A stretch of 38,648 nucleotides of DNA from Mesotaenium endlicherianum (taxonomy: Eukaryota): the NCBI GenBank assembly GCA_009602735.1, contig WELA01002665.1:321328-359975 (forward strand). The letters are read 5' to 3'. Below are positions 22,270 through 33,682 of this stretch, piece after piece. The position numbers and the translations under genes are program-made. The notes under the pieces were generated by a model that worked only from the letters and a program-made list of their open reading frames with translations, made no database searches and had not been told where the DNA came from. Each line of letters starts with the position of its first letter. Positions within the stretch are counted from its first letter, which is position 1.

Positions 22270-23173
22270 AAGTTTAGGCCTGCCCAAAAAGTCCACACAG
22301 TAAAACAATCATGAGCCTGACTCAATAGTGAAGTTCTTAATTCCAAGTTATTACGAATGACCAACTTCAACCTGCCTGAAGTGGTTTCATTTACCTAGAT
22401 TCCTCCCTTTAGCCTAAACCCAAGTGCAGTGGCAGGACACACACCATTAGGTGGACTGGGCTCAAATGTTGGGTCAGAAAGGTAGGCTTTCCTAAGTTGT
22501 TCAAGGAAGGACTTTTTCACCTTAAGTGAAGTGAGGGCACAAAGAACCTTATCTACAGCATGCTAATTAAAGTTCCTTACTTGCAAGTCAGGTCTTCTAG
22601 AGAGAGCATCAACAAGATTTAACTTCCCTGGTTTGTAGTCGATTTGGATCTCGAACTGCTCCAGCATCTGACTCCAGCGATTCTCCCTCCGCGACAACTT
22701 GGACTTCTTCTGGAAACGTGTCAGACTAGATGATTCGTAATTATCTTAAAAACTTTCCCATGTAAGTATGCTCTCCACTGTTTGAGAACATCAATTAAAG
22801 GTTAATAGCTCTTTATCATGCACATAGTAATTAGCCTCAGTTGGATTGAACTTCATAGACTCATATTGCACATGATGCCATTCCTGCTTTATACTACCAT
22901 CCTTCGTGGTTTTGTCAGCAGGCTACAACAAAATAGCACCCATGGCAAAGTCAAAAGCGTCAGTGACCACTTGTACAAGTTTGCTGGGGTCATACACAGC
23001 GAGAACAAGGGCAGAGCATAGAGCATCTTTAAGGGTCTGGAAGGCAGCTTGCTGCTCTTCCCCCCCCACATACCCTATGTCCTTTTTAGTGAAGTCAGAC
23101 AATTTATTAGCCTTTGTGGAATAACATTCAACAAATCTCCTGTAATAATTAGCCAATCGGAGGAAGGATCTAA
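22270..23173 (-). mobile_element. pol: Decayed Ty3/Gypsy pol fragment (RT connection, RNase H, start of integrase), same family as element A
   Basis: [13 protein letters not shown]...[36 protein letters not shown], collinear with 26820-27715. Stops and indels present. The left boundary is approximate. Confidence 0.9.
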
Positions 23174-23343
23174 AGCAAGCTGACTTAAGTCGACTTCAGC
23201 CTGCTGCTTCCGGCTGAGTCATTAAACTGATATTAAACATCAAGTCCAGCAGACTGATTATTAACTAAAGTTCAGCAGGCTGAACTTAATTGACTATTAT
23301 ATTTAAATGAATATTATATCTACCAATATACTGATTCATTACA
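23174..23343 (-). repeat. Truncated 3' LTR of element A (first 170 bp only)
   Basis: Starts TGTAATGAAT on the minus strand immediately after the PPT. Aligns without gaps to 31381-31550 with about 20 mismatches in 170 by hand count (~88%). Confidence 0.9.
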
Positions 23344-23358
23344 ATCCCTCCAACTTAA
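23344..23358 (-). promoter_or_regulatory. Polypurine tract of element A
   Basis: Minus strand TTAAGTTGGAGGGAT directly abuts the TG of the 3' LTR. Confidence 0.8.
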
Positions 23359-23543
23359 CTTGTTGTCGCCTCGACAACATTAAACTGCAGAAGTTTTTGG
23401 TCAGGCAACTGAACCTGACCAACCTCCCCCACTGACTGCCTCTCCAGCCTGTCACCTAGGGGGTTGTTCCTGGGGCTTTAGGATCAGGAGACTGAGATCT
23501 GGACCTAGATCTGGACAGCCCTCTAGGTTTGTCAACTAGCCTT

Positions 23544-25289
23544 CTAAAGAACCCCGTTTGTTTCTAAAGTTGGACCTCGAGGAGAACGAAGGATGGTAGC
23601 CTGCTCTTCAACCACTTGGGTGTTGATCCCCACATAGACAGGCATTCCAGTGAGATGTTGAGACACATTGGCAAGAGGTACATGCCCCCGAGCGAAGGGA
23701 GAGGCCGGCATACCTCTGGCCACCCCGCGGGTCCCTCTTCTGGCACCCTTGTCCTCTAGGGATTTCTGCCTGTGTCTGCTGCCAAGTACAGTCAGATCAG
23801 CTTCTTCCCCTGCTTGGGCAGGTGGGCTGGGGGATCGAGTGCGGGGTCCAGTTGCCTCCATGACCGGGATCACGTTCCATATTCCTGATCTTGGTTCCTT
23901 AGGCAGTGCCCCTGCCTGCCCCTGGGTGTCCTGAGTACCAGCTCTTGATGCTTCTTCTCTGCCTTGTTCTTCTTCCTCATCCTCCTCATCCTCCTCCTCT
24001 GAGAGAGTAAGAGTCTCATCCACTAAGTCGTCCTGCTCCCTGGTAGACATAGAGTAGTCTACTGACCTCCCTTTCTTAGGGCGCGCTGGAGGTTGCTTGG
24101 CCTTCAGCCTGCTGATATCTATCCGGCCTGCATTCTTCGCCCATTTGACAAAGGCATGCTTTTCCTTAGAGAAGTAGTCTCTCCCCCTCCTCCTGTGCTC
24201 TTTGGTCTCTGCATTCATATTGCTCAGGCAGCCATTTAGCCTGGGGTCCCAAGGGGCAATGTGAGGTGGTAGGATGAGGTAGCCGTCTAGGCCAAAGTGG
24301 AAATTGTCTGATTGGGCTCGGTCACACTCCTGCTTTTTGTTTGTGACGGTCATCCACCTCCAGTCTGTTGGCTGCCGGTAGTACTAGGGTCCATGCTCAG
24401 CTTTTCTCAGTTTACATGGGAACCAGTGGGGAGAGAACATCTGCTGTCCTGCTTCCCTGGCCAAGTACTCCCAGCTCCTTCTCTCAACTTCATTGTAAGC
24501 TGGCAACAGTATGAGGAAGAATATCGTATTCTTAAAGCTATCGGGCCGCATGCTCACCATCTTGATGAGTCTCTGATCTTCCACTATTCCCGGTATTGGG
24601 ACTGGCTTATTCTCTGAATCATCGGCAAGGTACCGGGCCTGCTCTGCTGTATAGTCCACCATCTTGGCATAATCCTCGTAGAGGACCACACCAGTGTGTG
24701 TCTCGATGTACCTATCCAGTGCTGCAGCTCCTTCCCTCCGTAGCAGTGTTGTCTGTTCCAGCTTGTTGATCTCCTGGGCTGCCAGCAATGTTTCCTTCAG
24801 GTTATCAAAGTTTTGGCCACCCACCACAGTATACCTGTAAGTGGCCAAGCTCTTCTGCCTGTCCGCTTCAGCCTTTTTCCTTCTCTCCTCCTCTGCCGCT
24901 GCCGCTTCTTCTTGTTGTTTCTTCTGTCTCTCCTCCTCAGCTTTCTTGAGGTTTTCCGCTTCCTGATCCTTCTTCCTCTGTGCTTCTTCTGCCGCCTCTT
25001 GTTGTTTGAGGACCCTTTCTTGTTCTCTCCTGGTGAGGGACGTCGCCGCCAGCTCCTTCTGGTATTGCTCCATTGTCCTCCTGGCTTCTTCTGCCTTGCG
25101 CTTTCTGTCCTCCTTTTGTGTGGTGGGAGCCCTCCTGCACATGTAACCAGGGCACAAGTTAGTAGGATATCGACCTTTGCCCTAGAAGTTGCAGGAAGGG
25201 AGTAAGTTCGTATTAGTATGGTGTATTCGTTCTTGTTTACCTTACAGGGTGATTGCTAGAAGTTGACGTAGTTGCGGTGCGCTAGACAT
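23544..25289 (-). pseudogene. Extra (third) ORF of element A, unknown function, predicted 2 exons (25289-25246, 25134-23544), one in-frame TAG at 24384-24386
   Basis: ORFs 24384-25157 and 23544-24353 are in the same frame, separated by one TAG. ATG at 25289 plus a phase-2 intron 25245-25135 (GTAAGG...TACTAAC...TGCAG) restores the frame: MSSAPQLRQLLAITL/RAPTTQKEDRKRK.... The protein has an E/K/R coiled-coil-like N-terminus, an aromatic-rich middle, a basic patch (PARPKKGR) and an acidic run. Confidence 0.7.
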
Positions 25290-25527
25290 AAACGTATGAA
25301 TGTGTTTTCAGGTGTGTTAAGTGATGTATGGCTGTGCGAGGCCCTTTTTCCTTCAGCTAAAGGTGCTTTATGTGGGCCAGGCTGTCCCCTCTGTCACTAT
25401 GCTGACACTTAGGGCTCACATAATTGTCCCTTTCTCGCTCTCGCACACTAACTGTCATATATTTTCCCCTCCAACTTAAATGGAGACAGGTGCTCCTGTC
25501 ACCTTCCCGTGTCAACTGAAATGACTG

Positions 25528-28500
25528 TTAGGGAGGTGCTCCAGCCGCCCGAAAGTGGAACCGTTTCAACGCCCCTTTGGCATTAGTCAAATGGTCCTTA
25601 AATTCCCAAGTGTCCCCAGAGGCATCGTAACCCTTCCATCGAATGAGGTACTTCATGACATATTTAGACGATCGACGGACCGAGCGCGGGTCTAAAATCT
25701 CCTCAACCTCATATTCCTCAGGGTCGCCTTCCCAGACAGCGGGGACCGGTCCCGATTGGACAAGTAACCGACCTGTGAACAGTGTATCACCTTTGATGTA
25801 TGGTTCCAGGAAGGAGACATTAAAGACCGGATGACCCTTGTATTCGGCTGACATGTTCAGTTTGTAAGCATTCTTACCGACACGACGCACCGCCGAATAT
25901 GGACCGACCCAGACAGGGCCAAGCTTTTTCTTGACCACACCAGGGAGGTACAAGTGCTGAGAATGCAGTTTGACCAAATCCCCCTTGGAAAATGTCAGTT
26001 CCAAATCGNATAGAAAAGGTCAGTTCTCAACGGTGCTGATTAGCGTACTTTTGTTGGTTTTCTTGGGCTCTGTGCAGGTTCTGCTGGACTTTGGACAGAG
26101 TGTCAGCAAACTCCTGAGTGAAGTGGAGGGAGACCGGATTGTCAATCCCTTCAGGGTGTGTTAAAGACTCCCCTAGGACATTTGAAGGAGACTTAGGGAC
26201 TCTACCCAGGCTTAGTTCAAAAGGAGTCTTGCCCGTTGACGCGTGCACCGCACCGTTGACCGCAAATTGGATTTGGGGTATCAGGTCATCCCCATTATCT
26301 TGTTTTTGGTTAAAATAGGCTCTCGGTACCTCTTGCAGAACTCGGTTAGTTCTTTCAGTCTGCCCATCAGTCTAAGGGTGGTTTGCTGTGCTGAGCAGCT
26401 GTATGACTCCCATTAACCCAGTTAAAGCCCTCCAGAACTTAGAGGTAAATTTTGAGTCCCTGTCTGAGATTACATTAGAGGGTAGCCCATGTTGGCATAC
26501 TACCTGGTTGTAGAACTGTCTCGCTGTTTCGAGTGCAGTTACTTTGACAGTTGTGGGGATGAAAATGACCATTTTTGTTAGTTTATCCACGACTACCAGT
26601 ATCGAATCATGCCCATTGGCAATTCATGGCAATGTGACCACCCAGTCCATGGATATTGTTTCCCAGCGTCCAGCTGGGATGGGCAGCGGTTGTAAGAGGC
26701 CCCCCGGTGGTGTGTGCCTAGACTTATTCTTTTGACACTGGTCACAGGACTTAACGTATTTCAAGGCTTCCCGAGGTAATCCCTCCCAATGATTATGTTT
26801 TGCCAGTTTGCCAACAGTTTGGGCCTGCCCCAAATGCCCACCCAGTAAACTGTCATGTGCTTGACTCAATAAAAGGGACCTTATTTCCACGTTATTAGGA
26901 ATGACCAGCTTCAGCCTGCCTGAAGTGGTTTCAGTCACCCAGACCCCTCCCTTAAGCTTATACCCGAGTGCAGTAGCACGACACATACCAGTAGTGGGGC
27001 TGGGCTCAAATGTTGGGTCAGAATGGTAGGCTTTCCTAAGTTGTTCGAGGAGGGACTTTTTCACCTTTAGTGAAGTGAGTGCACACAGGACTTTATCTAC
27101 AGCATGCTGACTAAAGTTCCTTTCTTGCAAGTCAGGTCTCCTAGAGAGTGCATCAGCAGGATTCAACTTCCCTGGTTTGTAGTCGATCTGGACTTGAAAT
27201 TGCTCCAACATCTGGCCCCAGCGGTTTTCCCTCCTTGACAGCTTGGACTTCTTCTAAAAGTGAGTCAGAGCTAGATGATCTGTAATGACCTTAAAAGCTT
27301 TATCATGTAAGTATGCTCTCCATTGTTTGAGCACATGAATGATAGCTAGCAGCTCTTTATCATGCACTGAGTAATTAATCTCCGCTGGATTAAATTTCAT
27401 AGACTCGTACAACACAGGATGCCATTCCTGCCGTACCTTACCATCCTTTGTGGTTTTGTCAGTACGCTGCAACAAAATAGCACCCATGGCAAAGTCAGAG
27501 GCATCAGAAATCACCTGCACCGATTTGCTGGGGTCATACACAGCTAGCACTGGGGCAGAACAAAGAGCATCTTTAAGGGTTCGGAAGGCAGCCTGCTGCT
27601 CTTCCCCCCACACATACCCTATGTCTTTCTTAGTAAGGTCAGTCAGTTTACTGGCCTTTGTGGAATAATTCTCAATAAATCTCCTATAGTAGTTAGCCAA
27701 CCCGAGGAAGGATCTAACTTCAGAGATAGACTGTGGTACTGGCCAGTCCCTTATGGTCTGGACTTTCTTAAGATCTACACTGATGCCCTCTTTACTGACA
27801 ACGTGGCCCAAGAATTCAATACTTTCCTTAAAGAAATCACACTTGCTCATTTTAGCATATATGTGATTTTTCCGCAGAGTGTCCATGACTGTCTTTAACT
27901 GTTCAGTGTGCTGAGCTTCATCTTTAGAAAAAATAAAATATCATCCAGGAAAACTTGCACAAACTTATCCAAATAAGGTCTAAAAATGTCATTCATAGCA
28001 CCCATGAAGGTCGCAGGAGCATTAGTCAGTCCAAATGGCATCACGTTGAACTCATAATGTCCATAACGTGTGCGGAAGGCAGTCTTGTGTTCATCCCCCT
28101 CAGCAATTCTGATTTGATGATAACCACTCTTGAGATCTATCTTACTGAACACCTTAGCACCAGACAGGGTATCAAGCAAGTCCTCGATCGTGGGTAAAGC
28201 ATACTTGTTCTTTACTGTAATTCTGTTCGGGGCTCTGTAATCCACACACATCCGCATACTGCCATCCTTTTTCTTAACAAATAGGATGGGTGCGCCGTAA
28301 GGTGATTTACTGGGAGAAATATAACCATTTTCCTCAAGCTCTGCAATCTGTGTTTTCAACTCCTCGCTCTCCACATAAGACAAGCCATAAGTGCGTTGCC
28401 AGGGTGGTTGATTTCCAGGTAATAAATCAATCCTATGATCTACTTCCCTCTTAGGGGGTAGTCCTGGAGGCATATTAAATACATCCGTGTACTGAGCAAC

Positions 28501-29262
28501 AATGTTTGCAGCAGTAGGGTGCTCCGGAGGGTGTACCTTTTTCTCAACCACTTCTTCAGGTTGAGGAGGTACCTCTCTTAGCAGCAGACAGAACATTCTG
28601 TCTTCCTTCTGGTTCCAGCTTTTGACGAACTCCATTGCATTCAGCAACTTGCATCCTTCTGGAAGCCTCTTCTTTTCCTTCATTTGCCATCCACACAGGA
28701 CAAGAGGAAGAGCACTGGTGGGTGCCAAGTTAATCTGCCCATCACTGGCTCCTCTCACTATAACTGTAGCTCTGCTCCAACGCACTTCAGCTTGATGTCT
28801 ATTAAGCCAGGACCTGCCTAGCACGAGATCATAAAAGCCAGTGTTGAGTACCTCAAATGTAAGCGTTTCAGTTAGAACTGCAATGCCAGAACCTAACTGG
28901 ACCTCAATAGGCTTGGTTATAACTCCTCCCGGAATACTTGAGGCATCTCCAAGGAATATTTTTCTATTCCCTTGGGTGACAGTGGCCAGTCTTAGCCGCT
29001 TAATTAAGTCCTTATGGATAAAAATATGTGACGCCCCTCCGTCAACAAATGCCCTCACCTTCCTACCAGCAATCATGCAATGCATAGGGGGGACTGTCTT
29101 TTCCTGACTTTTGCATTGTTCTTCTGACTTAGCAAAGAAATGTTGGACATCAGGTGGAACAAGAGCATCCAGAGTGTGCACTCTCTGGATGTCTATGTTG
29201 CTGATGGTCTCCTTTATCTGGTTGTCAGGCATGCATAGTGAATCCAGTTCAGCAGGACCCAT
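25528..29262 (-). pseudogene. pol: pol of element A (protease, RT, RNase H, integrase, chromodomain), disrupted
   Basis: [12 protein letters not shown] (protease); [52 protein letters not shown] (RT); [19 protein letters not shown] (RNase H); H-x6-H...CDQC, WETISMDW, GPY (integrase); EEYEVEEILD...YLIRWKGYDASGDTWE (chromodomain). Frameshift near 27930 and in-frame stops at 27254, 26624 and 26372. Confidence 0.93.
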
Positions 29263-29330
29263 AATACCTGCTACGAGGGCAGCTAGTGACTACTCACTAT
29301 CTCTAGCATCCTCACAGTCAGTAGACTAGA

Positions 29331-30806
29331 TTACTGACTGTTGCTGTCTTTTAAAGGCTGGTCTTTTCTCTCGACCTTCAGAAGGTGCTTGTCTAGACAC
29401 TGCTCTTTGAAGTGACCTGGCTGCTAACAATGGAAGCAAATTGATTTTGCTGAGGCTGGTCTCGGCTTAGTCCTACCACCACCTCTTCCATAGCCGCCTC
29501 GAGAGAAACTACCTCTCCCTCTAGACTGCATAGCATTGTACTCATACTCATATTCATCTCCCTGATCATCCTCAGCCTGGTCTTCTTCAATTGCATTGTA
29601 GGAACCGTGGGGCTTTTTGACAACCTTAGACACCAAAGCATTACTCTGGCGCTTGTGATTGAACTGCTGCTGATCCCAGGCGTCAGCATCCTGGATCAAG
29701 TCAGCCAGTTTCTCATACTTTTTCTCAGCAAAATGACCAGAGACCTCGGATTTCAAGCCATACCTGAAGTATGCTATCCTATACCGTTCTGGCAAATCTG
29801 GCTGCTTCATCATGTTCTCTTGGAACTTTTGAGCAAACTCAGCAACTGAAGTGGTCTGCTTCAGTGTCAGGGAGATCATCGCATAGATAGCTTTCTCTTG
29901 CTGGTTGATGACATCAAACTTCTCATGCAATTTCTTGACAAACTCTACCCACGTAGGGTCACCGAGTTGCTGAGCCTCACGCTCTCCTTTCCAGTAAAGC
30001 CACCAGTCTGCGGCACTGCCTTTCAGTAGCGCACCGGTGTGCCTGACCTTCTCGTAATCTTGCAGTTTTGGGTAGTTCTCCAGCCACTGCTCAACATCCG
30101 CGAGAAACTTGATCAGGTAATATTTTCTGTTTCCCTCAGGATCATATTCCTGGGGAGGTTTCGGCTTGGGCTTACTAGGCCCTCTGCCACCACCACTAGT
30201 GGTTTGAGACCCGAGTTGGTCTCTGTCCCGCAGTAGAGACATTATGATTCTTTTGTCCTCCTGTTGGGATTGATACATGGTCGCCATTTACGACTGCATT
30301 TGAACGAACAATGCTCCCAAGTCTACACTCTGGGGTGGTAGTCTAGCAAATGCAGCAGCAGCATTGGCATCTACTCGCTGAGTAGTGTCCTCAACAGTCC
30401 CTCTCGCTCCTGCAGCAGCAATTCCTGCCGCATTCAGCCGGTCACGTATTTGACTTAGGGGTACATTGAGTTGTACAGCAGGAGGTGGGTTCAGAAAATT
30501 GGCCCTGGATGCCATAAGTTATTCAACCGTGCGCTCGTCAGCACGCTGTCCTTCCCTCCTTTCTGTATCTTCAGCAGCCTTTGCTAATTGTTCAGCTAAT
30601 TTGGCTCTCTCCTCCTCAGCTTGCTGTGCTGCGACTGCGGCAATAGCAGCTGCCTCATCTGCAGCCTCTCTAGTTGCAGTATCTGCCACTGCTTCAGAAT
30701 AGGTACGGGTTCCCGCTACATGGCTTTCCGACTGGTTTTTGACATTCTCGTTATCCTGGTTCTCCATGTCTCGGGAGTTGCTAGTTTGAGACCTTGTCCT
30801 TACCAT
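29331..30806 (-). pseudogene. gag: gag of element A with CCHC zinc knuckle, three premature stops
   Basis: ORFs 30519-30806, 30288-30515 and 29424-30287 share one frame. LKGSAADWW...TWVEFVKKL...LKQTTSVAEFAQKF...FRYGLKSEV is retrotransposon gag-like. The knuckle C-FH-C-*QPG-H-FKEQ-C lies at 29435-29394. Confidence 0.88.
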
Positions 30807-30827
30807 ACAAAGAAGATTGTGATAACT

Positions 30828-30839
30828 GCTCCGGTACCA
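30828..30839 (-). promoter_or_regulatory. Primer binding site (initiator tRNA-Met-like)
   Basis: TGGTACCGGAGC lies one base after the LTR end (...TTTCA) and differs at 2 positions from the plant tRNAiMet PBS TGGTATCAGAGC. Confidence 0.75.
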
Positions 30840-30840
30840 C

Positions 30841-31550
30841 TGAAATGAATCGACTTACCAAATAGGCGATTAACAATTAATAAGGATCTTTATATCAGCA
30901 AGTAATCTTTCCGTTAACTAGTTAAACGGCAAAGGACAACACACTAGCAGTGAACAATACTCGTAAGTCAAATGCGAGTAAACTAGCATCAATAATGCAA
31001 TCAGTGAACTCATACATAAGCAAGGTTAGAAGACAGTGCGTAACAATGGCTTCTCGCCTTGGATTCAGGTTCCTCTCAGTAAGCTGTACAAGAGAGTTGG
31101 CCTCGTTTTCGAATGCCGAACTCGAGAGCAATGCCTAGCATATGTACATGGAATGAGTTTACTGTTCAACGGCCAGTGCGATGGCACCGCCTACCCGGGA
31201 GTTAACCACGTTGGTAGGACCTCGGTTAACCAAATCCACCGCCATCTCCCATCATCCCGAATCGCCATCCATCATAGGGATGTCATCTGGCCATTCATCT
31301 AGCATATCACACTTAGATACATATCGAGGCAGTCCGTTGCTACCGAGTACGGAAGTCAGCTGGCTGTCAAAGAATATGTCAGCACGCTGACTTAGGTTGA
31401 CTTCAGCCTGCTGCTTCCGGTTGAGTCATTAAACTGCTACTAAATATGAAGTCCAGCAGACTGATTATCAACTAGAGTTCAGTAGGCTGAACTTTAATAA
31501 CTATTATACTTAAATGAATATTAAATCTATTAATATACTTATTCATTACG
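30841..31550 (-). repeat. 5' LTR of element A (710 bp)
   Basis: Begins (C/T)GTAATGAAT and ends ATTCATTTCA, an imperfect terminal inverted repeat. Its first 170 bp match 23174-23343, and it is followed by the PBS. Confidence 0.85.
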
Positions 31551-33098
31551 TTGGCTAAATATTATAAGAGATTCATTGAAAATTATTCTAGAATGGCCAG
31601 TAAACTGACTGACCTTACTAAGAAGAACATACGGTATGTGTGGGGGGAAAAGGAGCAAACTGCCTTCCAGACCCTTAAAGATGCTCTTTGTTCTGCCGCA
31701 ATCTTAGTTGTGTATGATCCCAGCAAACCTGTGCAGGTGGTTACTGATGCTTCGAACTTTGCCATGGGTGCTATTTTGTTGCAGCTTGCTGACAAAACCA
31801 CAAAGGATGGTAAGGTACGGCAAGAGTGGCACCCTATGCTGTGTGAGTCTATGAAATGTAACCCAGCTGAAATTAACTATACTGTTCATGATAAGGAGCT
31901 GCTTGCTATCATTCATGTGCTCAAACAATGGAGAGCATAATTACATGGTAAAGCTTTTAAGGTGATGACAAATCATCTAGCTCTGACTCACTTTCAGAAC
32001 AAGTCCAAGCTGTTGAGGAGAGAGAACCGCTGGAGCCAGATGCTGGAGCAGTTCCAAGTCCAGATCGACTACAAACCAGGGAAGTTGAATCCTGCTGATG
32101 CACTCTCTAAAGAATCTCACTTGCAAGAAAGGAACTGTAGTCAGCATGCTGTAGACAATATCCTTTGTGCACTCACTTCACTAAAGGTGAAAAAGTCCTT
32201 CCTAGAACAACTTAGGAAAGCCTACCTTTTCGACCCAACAATTGAGCCGGCCCCACTGATGGTGTGTGTCCTGCTACTACACTCGGGTATAGGCTAAAGG
32301 GAGGGGTCTGGGTAACGGAAACCACTTCAGGCAGGATAAAGTTGGTCATTCCTAATAAGTTGGAAATAAGGTCACTCTTACTGAGTCAAGCACATGACAT
32401 TTTACTGGGTGGGCATTTGGGGCAAGCCAAAACTGTTGGTCAAGTGGCAAAACATTATCACTGGGATGGGGTTGCCTCGGGAGGTCTTGAAATATGTTAA
32501 GTCCTATGATCAGTGTCAGAAAAACAAGTCTAGGCTCACACCACCCGAGAGCTTATTACAACCACTGCCCATCCCAGTTGGACGCTGGGAAACAATATCT
32601 ATGGACTGGGTGGTAACACTACCAAGAACTGCCATTGGGCATGATTCGATACTGGTAGTAGTGGATAAACTGACAAAAATGGTCATGTTCATCCCCACCA
32701 CTGTCAAAGTAACTGCACTCGAATCTGCAAGACAATTCTACAACTATCAAAGTAACTGCACTCGAATCTGCAAGACAATTCTACAACTATGTACTATGCC
32801 AACATGGGCTACCCTCCAATATCATCTTCGACAGAGACTCAAAATTTACCTCTAAATTCTGGAGAGATTTAATGGAGTTAATGGGAGTCAAACAGCTCTT
32901 CAGCACAACAAACTACCCTCAGACTGATGGGCAGATTGAAAGAACTAACCGAGTTCTGCAAAACGTGCTGAGAGCATGTATTAACCAAAAACAAGATAAT
33001 TGGGATGACCTATTGCCTCAAATTCAATTTGCGGTCAATAGTGCGGTGCACGCGTCAACGGGAAAGACCCCCTTTGAACTCAGTCTGGGTAGAGTCCT
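31551..33098 (+). mobile_element. pol: Decayed family-A pol fragment (RNase H to integrase core), opposite orientation to element A, interrupted by element B
   Basis: LAKYYKRFIENYS...VVTDASNFAMGAIL...WETISMDWVVTLP...YPQTDGQIERTNR...GKTPFELSLGRV, collinear with 27700-26197. Contains stops, frameshifts and a 43-bp tandem duplication. Confidence 0.92.
32704..32789. repeat. Perfect 43-bp tandem duplication inside the integrase remnant
   Basis: tcaaagtaactgcactcgaatctgcaagacaattctacaacta at 32704-32746 and 32747-32789. Confidence 0.95.
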
Positions 33099-33682
33099 TA
33101 ACAGGGTTACGCTGAACGCCGTATTGGCCAACTTTCGTACGTTTAAATAAGCGTACCGCGTCGGTACGCTCGTACTAAGCGTAATGAAACAGATAGATGA
33201 AGTACTTAGTAAAACAGAATACTTTTTCTATTCAAGACAAGGATCTTTGAACACAAGTGGTAGCTTCTTGAAAGAGAGATGGCTTCTTGAAAGTTAATAT
33301 ATTTCTGGATTTTGGCAAGTACAAGAGTGATTCTGGAATGTCTTTCTATGTTCTAGCTCTTGTTCATATACTTGCTACATAAGTAATTTCTAGGAAGGTG
33401 TATGTTGATGTATTGGCACCCAACACATCCCAAAACTTGCCACCTCTTTCTAGAATAATGTACACATGTCCTTTTGACCTAAAAATGGCACATTTGACTT
33501 TTGCCACATGGAGTTCTTCTAGGTCTTTCCTCTGACTTCGAAAATGCCTTAGGAGGTTCAAAGGACATGAACCAAGTCACTAGAGTACCTATTCACACTT
33601 GAATCCACACAATACTACTCCAAACATATTTGAAAACATTAAAATATATGCAATTCAATATATAATAACTCAAATCACTACA
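33099..33682 (-). repeat. Putative 3' LTR of element B (~584 bp)
   Basis: TG start directly after the PPT. The AT-rich body ends ...GTAACCCTGTTA(A) at the junction with the family-A fragment. The terminal CA is not intact and the second LTR is not in the window. Confidence 0.7.

Larger units (their letters stand above)
23174..31550 (-). mobile_element. Ty3/Gypsy chromovirus LTR retrotransposon 'A', near full length, inactivated, 3' LTR truncated, carries an extra ORF
   Basis: 5' LTR 30841-31550, PBS 30828-30839, gag, pol in PR-RT-RH-IN-chromodomain order, extra ORF, PPT 23344-23358, and partial 3' LTR 23174-23343. Confidence 0.93.

Noticed and set aside
24384..24386. Programmed stop-codon readthrough in the extra ORF, gag A or pol B
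   Set aside because: The elements carry several scattered stops and frameshifts typical of decay, and no readthrough context (e.g. TAG-CARYYA) is present at 24384.
23544..25157. Extra ORF considered as a retroviral-type env
   Set aside because: No transmembrane-length hydrophobic stretch or convincing signal peptide; the composition is highly charged.
25990..26030. Apparent short duplication and frameshift around the single N at 26009
   Set aside because: Probably a contig-join artefact (gtcagttc repeated either side of the N), so not treated as biology.
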